Assembly (NCBI RefSeq): GCF_044704955.1
Contig: NC_091990.1
Span: 28,272,001-28,336,000 of the forward strand
Reading direction: 5' to 3'
DNA: 64,000 bases
Source: Pristiophorus japonicus
Lineage: Eukaryota
How positions within the stretch are numbered: the stretch's first letter is position 1; each line of letters opens with the position of its first letter. Below the pieces are notes generated by a model. That model did no database searches. It was given only the letters and a program-made list of their open reading frames with translations, and had not been told where the DNA came from. Made by a program: the position numbers and the translations under genes. Positions 23,357 to 34,471 of this stretch are shown here, in pieces.

Positions 23357-25137
23357 ATAGAAACATAGAAAATAGGTGCAGGAGTAGGCCATTCGGCCCT
23401 TCGAGCCTGCACCGCCATTCAATGAGTTCATGGCTGAACATGCAATTTCAGTACCCCATTCCTGCTTTGTCGCCATAACGCTTGATCCCCCTAGTAGTAA
23501 GGACTACATCTAACTCCTTTTTGAATATATTTAGTGAATTGGCCTCAACAACTTTCTGTGGCAGAGAATTCCACAGGTTCACCACTCTCTGGGTGAAGAA
23601 GTTTCTCCTCATCTCAACCCTAAATGGCTTTCCCTTATCCTTAGACTGTGACCCCTGGCTCTGGACTTCCCCAACATTGGGAACATTCTTCCTGCATCTA
23701 ACCTGTCTAAACCCGTCAGTATTTTAAACGTTTCTATAAGATCCTCTCTCATTCCTCTGAACTCCAGTGAATACAAACTCAGTTGATCCAGTCTTTCTTG
23801 ATATGTCAGTCCTGCCATCCCGGGAATCAGTCTGGTGAACCTTCGCTGCACTCCCTCAATAGCAAGAATGTCCTTCCTCAAGTTAGGAGACCAAAACTGT
23901 ACACAATACTCCAGGTGTGGCCTCACCAAGGCCCTGTACAACTGTAGCAACACCTCCCTGCCCCTGTACTTAAATCCCCTCGCTATGAAGGCCAACATGC
24001 CATTTGCTTTCTTAACCGCCTGCTGTACCTGCATACCAACCTTCAATGACTGATGTACCATGACACCCAGGTCTCGTTGCACCTCTCCTTTTCCTAATCT
24101 GTCACCATTCAGATAATAGTCTGTCTCTCTGTTTTTACCACCAAAGTGGATAACCTCACATTTATCCACATTAGATTTCATCTGCCATGCATTTGCCCAC
24201 TCACCTAACCTATTCAAGTCACTCTGCAGCCTCATAGCATCCTCCTCGCAGCTCACACTGCCACCCAACTTAGTGTCATCCGCAAATTTGGAGATACTAC
24301 ATTTAATCCCCTCGTCTAAATCATTAATGTACAATGTCTAAACAGCTGGGGCCCCAGCACAGAACCTTGCGGTACCCCACTCGTCACTGCCTGCCATTCT
24401 GAAAAGTACCCATTTACTCCTACTCTTTTTCTCCTGTCTGACAACCAGTTCTCAATCCATGTCAGCACACTACCCCCAATCCCATATGCTTTAATTTTGC
24501 ACATTAATCTCTTGTGTGGGACCTTGTCGAAAGCCTTCTGAAAGTCCAAATACACCACATCAACTGTTTCTCCCTTGTCCACTCTACTGGAAACATCCTC
24601 AAAAAATTCCAGAAGATTTGTCAAGCATAATTTCTCTTTCACAAATCCATGCTGATTTGGACCTATCATGTCACCTCTTTCCAAATGCGCTGCTATGACA
24701 TCCTTAATAACTGATGTCAGGCTGACCGGTCTATAATTCCTTGTTTTCTCTCTCCCTCCTTTTTTAAAAAGTGGGGTTACATTGGCTACCCTCCACTCGA
24801 TAGGAACTGATCCAGAGTCTATGGAATGTTGGAAAATGACTGTCAATACATCCGCTATTTCCAAGGCCACCTCTTAAAGTGCTCTGGGATGCAGTCCATC
24901 AGGCCCTGGGGATTTATCGGCCTTCAATCCCATCAATTTCCCCAACACAATTTCCCGACTAATAAGGATTTCCCTCAGTTCCTCCTCCTTATTATACCCT
25001 CTGACCCCTCTTATATCCGGAAGGTTGTTTGTGTCCTCCTTAGTGAATACCGAACCAAAGTACTTGTTCAATTGGTCTGCCATTTCTTTGTTCCCCGTTA
25101 TGACTTCCCCTAATTCTGATTGCAGGGGACCTACGTT
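23357..25137 (-). mobile_element. Young CR1 LINE, 5'-truncated
   Basis: ORFs 24874-25083, 24316-24870 and 23609-24334; TSD GTACAGGAC at 23348-23356 and 25153-25161. Confidence 0.95.
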
Positions 25138-25161
25138 TCACAGAGAATATCAGTACAGGAC

Positions 25162-26015
25162 TGCACTGTGCTGGGTATACACAGGGTATACAGGCAGAGG
25201 ATGAGCTTCCTCAATGTGACTACACAGCAGGGCCAAATGAGGCTTAGGCTATCGCGCCAGGTTATCGCAGATATTTGCAGATTGCTGGAGCAAGACCTGC
25301 AGCCCAGAGGAGTGGGGTGGACCAGTGGCTGTCAAAGTAACCAGCACCCTCAACCTCTTCTCAGGCTCCTTCCAGGGATCTGCAGCAGACATTTGCGGCA
25401 TCTTGCAGTCGGCCGCCCACTAAAAAGCATCACCCAGGTGACCGATGCCCTGTATGACAAGTCAGCCACTATGTACACTTTGTCACTGATGAAGCCAGTG
25501 TTACTGAGTGGGCGCTTGGCTTTGCCAGTCTGACTGGCTTCCCTCAGGTGCAGGGCATCATCGACTGTAAACATGTGGCCATCAAGGCACCCCCATCATC
25601 ACCCAGGAGTCTTTGTCAACCGCAAGGGCTTCCACTCCCTCAACGTGCAGCTCGTCTCCAAGCATGGGAAGGTCATCATGCATCTGCACGCCATGACTCT
25701 TTCATCCTGCTCCAGTCCACCCTCCCTCAGCTCTTTGCTCCTTCAAACAGACTTTCCGGCTGGCTGCTTGGAGACAAGGGCTATCCACAGAAAACGTGGC
25801 TCATGACATCATTGAGGAGGCCAAGTACTGAGGCCCAGGAGAGGTTTAATGAAAGCCACATTTCCACCAGATGCATCATGGAGCAGACAATAGGCATGCT
25901 GAAAATGTGCATCAGATGCTTTGACAGATCTGGAGGAGCTCGTCAATATGCACCAGCCCGGGTCTCCAGAATCATTGTGATCTGCTGCGCGCTGCACAAC
26001 ATAGTGCAGCAGTGA
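25162..26015 (+). pseudogene. Harbinger (HARBI1-like) DDE transposase remnant
   Basis: Frameshifted motifs [54 protein letters not shown] and TRCIMEQTIGMLK. Confidence 0.9.
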
Positions 26016-27129
26016 GGATTAGCGCTGCATGAGAAGCCAGGCACTGAGTGCACAGCCTCTTCAGAGGAGGAGCATCAGTTGGAAGACAAGGAGTTGGAGC
26101 AGGAGCAGGAGGAACCTGTGGTCCAGATGCCACCAGCACCGGGAGACCAGGCATGGCCTTAACCTAAGGCATTACACCCATATGGCTGCCATGTGCTATG
26201 CCAGGCTCTCAACACCTCACAGCAACACCATAACACCATAAAGCATCCCGACAATGACCAAGCCATTGCTTTCACACTGACCACCATTGCTGGAGGTAAC
26301 GTTATGTCTCACCATTTACTCCAACTCACTAAGCCACTTCCAAAGTTGGTGACACAATTGGCATGACTGGAAAGTGGTGAAAATAAGAATTTTTATCTGT
26401 GACATCACATTAACGGAAACTTCATACAAACAGTTATTAAAACACCCAAGTGCTTACCCTTGTGCATCTACTTCTGTGTCATTTTTCTTTTATGTGTGTT
26501 TCTACGAGCTGCTACCCCTGTGGCTTCAGCAGAGGTAGAGGCAGCCTGCTCACTTCCCTGCTGCGACTGCATAGACACTTTTGGCAGACGACCTCTGGGT
26601 CTTGGCGCTTGTGATGGCCCTGCTAAAGATTGCTCCTCCTGCAACTGAGCAGGGGCAGACTCAGTCATCGCGATCCCAGGAGGCATCTGGGGCTCTGACT
26701 GAGGGGGAGGCAATGGGGGAGAAGAGTGAGCGCTTTGAGAAGAGGTCCAATTTCCATGTCCCCTCTCACCATCATCCCTCTCATGGGCCACCAGCACTTC
26801 CCTGCTAGCAAAGAGCTGGAGAGCACCTTGCTGCACAGCAATGGGGCCATGAGGACACAAGTGTATGTTTACATCCTTCTTAGAGAGGAGGTTTATGAGC
26901 CTCTGCCATCTATTCTCCATAGAGACCATGTGCTCCTGTGAGTGGCATATTAGCTGCTCCATGCAGGTGGCCATCCTTTCCGTGGACGAGCATACAGTTG
27001 TCATCGCCTGCAACACGGTGGTGCTCAGGTTGGAGATGGACTCCTCCATTCCCTGCACATTTGCAGACATTGTGGTTGAAAAACGTGTCAAAGCCTCCTG
27101 CACTTCTTGCTATCCTTCTACTTCTTCTT

Positions 27130-27740
27130 GGAGTCCCTTAGAGTCAAGGATGACTTGCTTCCACATTAACATGGATTCTAAGGTGGCTGTGAGTCCAATG
27201 AGGGATCTACAGACTCTGTCACAGGTAGGGCAGGTGGTTGAAGGGATGGGTGGATGGGGTGCTTGGTTTGTCGTACACTCCTTCTGCTGTTTGTACTTGA
27301 CTTCTGCGTGCTCCCGACAAAGAGACTCAAAGTGTTCGGTGTCTTCCCAAATGCTTCTTCTCCACTTTGAGCGGTCATGGGCCAGGGATTCCCAAGAGTC
27401 AGTGGTGATGTTAAATATTTTCAACGAGGCTTTGAGGGTGTCCTTGAAGCATTTTCTTTTCCCTCCTGGGGCTCGCTTGCTGTGACGGAGCTCAGAGTAG
27501 AGGAATGTTTCGGGAATCTTGTATCAGGCATGCGGACAATGTGGCCTGTTCATCAGAGCTGATCGAGCGTGATCAATGTTTCGATGCTGGGGATGTTGGC
27601 CTGAGAGAGAACTGACATTGGTACGCCTATTCTGCCAATGGATTTGAAGGATTTTGCAGAGGCAGCATTGATGATACTTCTCCAGTGCTTTGAGGTGCCT
27701 ACTATACATAGGCCATGTCTCTGAAGCATAAAGGATCCTG
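27130..27740 (-). mobile_element. RTE LINE 3' fragment
   Basis: LYASETW..YSRHLKALEKYHQCCLCKILQIHW and ITTDSWESLAHDRSKWR (ORFs 27524-27919, 27110-27424). Confidence 0.88.
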
Positions 27741-28653
27741 GAGGTTCTTGCTGTCATCATCATAGGCAGTCCCTCGTATCGAGGATGACTTGCTTCCACG
27801 TCAAAAAGGGATGAGTTCACAGGTGTTTCAATGAAGGACCTATTCCAGATCCTGAACTTCTTGCTGTATCTCCAGGATCGCCCTCTTCCTGGATGGCCCC
27901 TGAGGCTCAGTGTCTGCATGCAGCTGAGCAGAGCTGGGAGTGTCCTGTGCCCTCTGGCAAAGAATCTCCACTGCTGTCCCTATCTCTGTAATCTCCTCCA
28001 GCCCCACATCCCTCCGAGCTAGCTGCATTCCTCTAATTCTGGCCTCTTGAGCATCCCTGATTTTAATCGCTCAACCATTGGTGGCCAAGGCTCCTTTAAA
28101 TATCCCAGCTGAAAATGCGTCATTGATGACATCGTTAGACCCACACTGTTTAATAGAGCCAGGCAGTGCGCAGGACTGCCTTAATAGACACCATTAATGT
28201 AAAGTCAATCTCAGGAGCGGAGTGGAATGGAATGATCAGCGGGGTCGTGACCTGCCACGGCGACTGCCCGCACCCAACCCGCCCAGGTACAGAAAATTCC
28301 AGCCTTTATTTCGGTTCTTATGTCTCACACTCTCTCTTTCTATCTTCATGTCAATCATTTACTCCTCTTTCCTTTATCTTCGTAGTATCCTAGAGCCAGA
28401 CCTGGGACTTCAAATTTCCATATAGCAACAGAAATGACCTCAACTGCGATGGAAGGGATGTTGAGCCATGGCCTGAGATAGGGCGAGCATGATGCTGGGA
28501 GGCCCAGCCTCACATGCATCTCTGTTCTAGTCTGATGATTGTCTTGTCGCTGTCAAATTGGATTTGGACCCTGACCAGTACTAACATATCCAGAGGTTAC
28601 TTAAACACATGTAGTTGAAAGCAAAGCTGGGGGCCAGCACCTGAGTTAGATGG

Positions 28654-29599
28654 TGTAATGTATTTGCTTCATAGGTTCTTGCTTAAGAATTCATAGCAAC
28701 ACATTGCTATTAACAACTAGTTGGTTTATTAACAAAGGTTTAACAATCAAACTACACATTACCAGTTCATCCACCATGCTCATAACTGCATATCTCATCA
28801 TGGATGACCTAGACCCAACTGACTGGGGTTTTATTGAGTTTTGTGAACATCACATGACTGGCTAAGCCACTCACAATGCAACAGCTCTACAACTATTTTA
28901 ATTAAACTATCAAGCCAAGTGCCCCCTAATTAAAGGGGCACGAGGACTGACAAATTAACAAATAAAACTTTGTGTACTTTAAACGGTCAACTTAAAATGT
29001 GGTTGCCGAGGATGATGATGCACTCCAGTCCCTACAGTGCCCACCTCTCGCGGAAAACCGCGAGCGTACCGGTGGACACCACGTGCACCCTCTCCAGGGA
29101 CTCCCTTGCATGAATATAGCCATGGAAGAGAGGCAGACAGTCGGGCTGAACGACCTCCTCGACTGCCTGCTGCCTGGACCAGTTAATGGTCACCTTGGTC
29201 AGGCCCAGGATCAATCCTACGAGGAGGTCTTCTGACCTGCCTGTCCCTTCCCCACAGGATGCCCAAACATCAGGAGTGTGAGACTGAAGTGCAGCCAAAA
29301 ATCGAGGAGCAGCCCCTTCAAATAATGGAAGAGGGGTTGCAACCTCACACACTGTACATACACATGGAACACAGATTCCTCCAGACCGCAGAAATTGCAG
29401 GCAGCCTGGGAGTCTGTGAACCGACTTAAAAACTTATTGCACGGGACTGCCCCATGCAACGCCCTCCAGGACAAGCCCCCAATAAAGGGAGGACTCCCGC
29501 GAAGAGAGCCCTCAATTGGGAACCCCCACCTCCTCCGGATGGTTAGATGGTGTGCCATGGTATGTCAACAGCTCTACAAACCTGTGAGCATACATTACA
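28654..29599 (-). mobile_element. Solo LTR copy A, interrupted by a Tx1 LINE
   Basis: TGTAATGTA...TACATTACA inverted termini; TSD GATGG (28649-28653 / 29600-29604); AATAAA on the minus strand; homologous to 34472-35857. Confidence 0.9.
28893..29565 (-). mobile_element. Tx1-clade LINE, 5'-truncated (copy A)
   Basis: ORF2 C-terminal zinc knuckle WRALHGAVPCN..CNFCGLEESVFHVYVQC; 14-bp TSD CAACAGCTCTACAA (28879-28892 / 29566-29579). Confidence 0.9.
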
Positions 29600-30759
29600 G
29601 ATGGGAACACAAGATCAGAGCAGCTCAGGTAAACCCTCGGAATGTGTTGAAATAGAGTCTGATGAAGAGGTTGGAGCTGGAGATGGGAAGGTGCCAGCTG
29701 CCATTACTGTAGAAACCAAAATTTGCTCATTTCAGCATTAGTCTAAAGCCCTGTCAATCAAACACTGAACCATTAGCTTGCTCATATGTGTACCAGCAGC
29801 AAATGAGTTGCAAGAAAGCCACAGTGCAGCCACATGATTACAACGGCAAATTAAATTACTAGCTAGCATGTGATAATCATTAGCCAATAAGATTGGTAGA
29901 AAGTGACATTATGATCACATGACTTCTACTGAGCACTGTGGCCCTATCATTGCTATTTGCCAATAAGTTGACTCAAAAGCAAGAGTCATTTTTAATAACG
30001 GAGTGACTTCTGCCAACCAACTGGCTGCTAGAAGGTCCCAAATTAAAAAAATAACTGTGACAAATTTAAAAATAATGTTCACAACAGACGGAGGTCTGTG
30101 TAAATAACAACTCTTTTTGGATTTTGATGATCAAAATCCAATTATTATTTGTAATAGTTTCCACCTTTAAAGTTAAGATTTGTCGTTCTGTGGAGATTCC
30201 GATTTGAGAATAAACACAGGCAAGAAATACAGAGGAACGAATATTAAAACATTCCTGTTGGATTGGCCCGATCAGTAACCTCGTTGTTTAAAGGTGTCTT
30301 ATAGCATTTTCTTTCTCTTGTTGGAAATAATTTTGTTGTAAAGAAATGTAAATAAAATTAAAAACGCACATTATTTTCCCATTAGAAATCCAGGCTCAAC
30401 TTTTTCTCAAGTTTTATATGTTTCTCTTTTATTTTAAAGATCTTTCCTATTATCTAAGCAGGGTGCATGCTCAACTTTGCCGTCTTTTAAACCACTGGAA
30501 CTGCGCATGCTCCTGGTTCGTTGGCAGCTGTCGAGTCCTACAAATATATATTTCTCGACTAGTAATCCACATAAATGCATCTATATTCATTGTTTTAAAG
30601 TAGAGAAATATATATTTGTATACTACTGTGACATCACAGATCACAAAGTTACCAGACGATCTTCTGATACTGTTTTTTTTTAATTCTATGATGGCACCAA
30701 AGGTTCTGATTCCTGAAGGATTCGCATTAACTGGCATCATTGGAGTAGGATATTATGAC

Positions 30760-31220
30760 CTCAGAGCATACAACATGGAAGGAGGCCATTGGGCCCATTG
30801 TGTCTGTGTCGGCTCTTTGAAAGGGATATACAATTAATCCCACTCCCCCTGCTCTTTCTCCATAGCCCTTTTTTCCTTCTAAGTATTTATCAAATTCCAT
30901 ATTTGAAAATTTCTATTGAATCGGCTTCCACCACCCTTTCAGGCAACGCATTCCCGTCATAACTTGCTGAAAAAAAATTCTCATTCCCCCTTCCTCCCCC
31001 CGGCTTTTTTGCCAATTCTCTTAAATCTGTGTCACCCGGTTACCAACCAGTGGAAGCAGAGTAGCTATGCCCAAACCCCATATGAATTTGAACATCTCTT
31101 AAATCTCCCCTTTACCTTCTTTTCTCCAAGGAAAACAATTCCAGCTTCTCTAGTGTCTCCACACAGTAGAATTCCCTCATCCCTGGTAAATTTCCTCAAC
31201 GCTCTCTCTGGGGCCTTAAC
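30760..31220 (-). mobile_element. Old CR1 3' fragment
   Basis: Degenerate CR1 3'UTR and ORF2 end (ERALRKFTR). Confidence 0.6.
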
Positions 31221-32419
31221 ATCTCTTCCACCCCCAATCACAGCATCTGATTTCACACAGTTCCAAAGGCCTGTGAACAAGTCTATAATCTAATTGCTGG
31301 CAGAATGAACAATATGGTGTTCACCACAATAAAGATTTTTACACGCTGCTTATTTGAATTAGGAGGACGGATTTCAATGTGGGAATTTTACTATAGCTGA
31401 CACAAAGTGAAATGTAACAATCGGAGCATGATGTCATAGTGGTTGCTATGATCTGACAGCCCCGTGAGACATTGCTTGACCAGTTTTAATGGCAGCACAG
31501 GAGAGAAACTTTGATTCATGGTTAATAGTGAAAGGGATCTTGACTGACAGTGAAGCTGGTGTTTGTGGGCAAGTACGCTTTGGTGCAAAATACACTAACA
31601 CCATTGGTTACCAACCCATGCTTAAAACAATCCCTAAAGAATATATCGATATTTGACTGGATCTAGTCCATAAGTAATCATTCTCTCACCTGGAGTGTCA
31701 TGTGACGAGCCTTTATTGATGAATAACTGTGATCAGAAACTGGTAAGTTACCTGTCTAACTCCTAGTTTTTTTTAAATTGTGAACTGACTTGTGCACAAA
31801 GAGATCCGATTTATCACCTTTTTATCAGATGGGCAATTGATAAAGTTATTTCAGTCTCAATCATCAATTTGGAGTCATCTCAAATTATTAATAGATGATC
31901 TGGTCAGCTGATAAATAAAAGATGTTTTATATACAAGGTGGCAATGGAATGGGCTGAGGGGGCTTCAGAAACCCACGCTACACATCCACGTACAGGCCGG
32001 AGCCTGCAGTTACATTGTGATTATTGACAGCAAGATTGAATGGGCTATGTTGACATTCCAACTTACAATGCTAAACACTGACACCAAAGTGTGACCAAAA
32101 ATCGTGACAACAAGGTTTCCGGGGAGGGAGTGTGCTGCCTATGCAAGATTGTTAATAATATATAGATTCTCGGGTTTTAATTATTCATCTAATGACACGC
32201 ATTGCAAGGAAATTGCAGCATTACATACAAAACGGAAAGTAGAAAACGGGTAAAGAGGAAGGTGCACAGAAGGAATGGAAGGGGAAAGGTACTTCATGGT
32301 CAGAGGTCCAAAAATCTCCCAAAAGGCTCGAGGGCCAAAAACTAAAACAAATATATGGATACTGCGGCAAACCCTGATCCTGAAAACAGCTGTAGGAGTG
32401 AAGGAAGGTCCACAACAGA

Positions 32420-33360
32420 CAACATCACAGACAGATTAAGTGAGTGGGCAAAACTATGGCAAATGGAGTTCAATGTGGGCAAGTGGGATGCCATCCACTT
32501 TGGACCCAAGAAAAATACATTTTCTAAATAGTGAGAAACTAGGAACTGTGGAAGAGCAAGGTGATTTGGGAGTCCAAGTACATAAATCATTAAAAGCCAG
32601 TAGACAGGTACAAAAATCAATCAAAAAGACTAATGTAATATCTCAAGGCGACTGGAATACAAAAATGAAGAAGTGGCGTTTCAGTTGTACAGAGCCTTGG
32701 TGAGACCCCACGTAGGGCAATGTACCTCAAGCCTTGGAGGGCGTGCAGCACAGATTCACCAGGATGATACCAGGGCTTAGAGGGCTCAATTGTTAGGACA
32801 GGTTGCACAAATTTGGCTTGGATTCTTTTGAGAATAGGCGGTTGAAGGCTGATCTGATCGCAGTGTTTAAAGTGTTAAGAAGATTTGATAGAATAGACAC
32901 AGAGAAACTATATTTCCTCAGGCGGAGGAATCAAGAACCAGGAGGACTAATCTTAAAATTAGAGCCAGCCCATTCAGGAATGAAATCAGGAAGCACTTTT
33001 CATACAGAGGCTTGTAGAAATTTGGAACTCTCGCCCCCAAAAGGCTGTGGATGTTGGGCCAACTGAAGCTTTCAAGACTAAGGTAGGTAGATTTTTGTTA
33101 GGTAAGGGTAAAAAGAAAGAAAAGACTTGCATTTATATAGCGCCTTTCACAACCTCAGGACATTCCCAAAGCACTTTACAGCCAATGAAGTACTTTTTGA
33201 AGTGTAGTCAATGTTGTAATGTAGGAAATGTATCAAGAGATCAAAAGGGTATCAAGAGATATGGAGATAAGTTGGGAAAATGGAGTTGAGGTGCAGATCA
33301 GTCATAATCTAATTGAATAACGGAGCAGGCCAGAGGGGCTGAATGTTCCTAATGTCCCTA
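32420..33360 (+). mobile_element. Old CR1 3' fragment with nested SINE tail (about 33115-33230)
   Basis: DLGVQVHKSLK and GLDSFENRRLKADLI remnants; CR1 3'UTR. Confidence 0.75.
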
Positions 33361-33850
33361 GATGCCACCGAGTGTACTAGGATAGGCCAAGGACGATTAG
33401 TTATAACATTTTATATTAAAAAAAGTCTTGCAAATACAAACACACCTATTGCATGGAACACCGAGGTAGGTGAATCTGTGACAGACAAGATGTGACACTC
33501 TTACATTGAAAATTCATATCACAGTGTGGCCTAAAGTCGTAACAGGTGAGTTTTGCAATGGCAGCAAGACTCTCACGAAAGTTTCCAATGAAATGTGTGC
33601 CCTGTATAGTGAATTTAATATATAATAGATTCATTATTTTGCAGATCTTAGCTTTAAATCTTAATCCGTAACACTAGCTGGCCAATACCCATTGTAGTGA
33701 TGAATAATCAAGCTTCAGTAAAGTATTAAAATAGTATCTCTGCCCTGTCCATTGTAATTGACATTTCAACTGATCTGATTCCAACCTGGACCTAACTGTT
33801 GTTTGGGTTTTAATCCTTGTCTATCGCAGCATTCACCGTGACTGAACGGG

Positions 33851-34297
33851 ATGGAGATATCCCATGATCAGTGTACAGATGCAGGAAATTGGAGTGAGCT
33901 GCCGGAGGTATCCCTGCGACAGGTGTTCCGATGGCTGGGAGACCAAGACCGAGTGCGAGCGGCCCTGGTGTGTAAGTGCTGGAACCAGGTGATGCACTCG
34001 CCAGCTCTCTGGCGATCCCGAACATTCACCTTCTGTGGGCGGCCATCCAAGTACCGCCGGGCTGAGTACGAGTCTGCCATCTGGTACGCCAAGAAGTTTG
34101 GCCGGTATCTGGTAAACTGCGAGATCAAATTCATGAATCCGTACAATTCCCTTCTGACCAGGAGATTCCAGATAACAATGAGGAGCTTCCTAGCTCGCTT
34201 GGGAAATGAAAACAACAGATTAAAATCGTTCACCATCCAACATCTGGAGTTGGACCGCCTCGTATGGAGTTCATCTGTTAGGAATGCCTTCCTAAAG
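33851..34297 (+). CDS. FBXO39: F-box only protein 39, coding exon 1 (F-box; 149 aa)
   Basis: Acceptor tcgcag| at 33829 and ATG at 33851; WSELPEVSLRQVFRWLGDQDRVRAALVCKCW F-box and YESAIWYAKKFGRYL; donor AAG|gtatag. Confidence 0.95.
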
Positions 34298-34471
34298 GTA
34301 TAGTCTTACAAGAAGAACATTAAAAAATATAATTGTTCTAATTTACACTTTCCAATGATTTATCATAATCTTCCCCTAACAGGACACAATTGCACACAGC
34401 CTTTTTAAGACTGAGCATGCTGAGTGATTGAATGAACCAAAGTCTCCCCCATGCCATCTCCTTCCCCCCAC

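Larger units (their letters stand above)
22718..28299. mobile_element. Decayed PIF/Harbinger DNA transposon hosting nested CR1 and RTE insertions
   Basis: Convergent transposase (plus) and partner ORF remnant (minus, 26468-27103); imperfect TIRs ggtcgcaaatttctg / cagaaaattccagcc. Outer limits are tentative. Confidence 0.65.

Noticed and set aside
25162-26015. Domesticated host HARBI1 gene
   Set aside because: Multiple frameshifts and stops, a CR1 insertion and a convergent partner ORF indicate a dead transposon.
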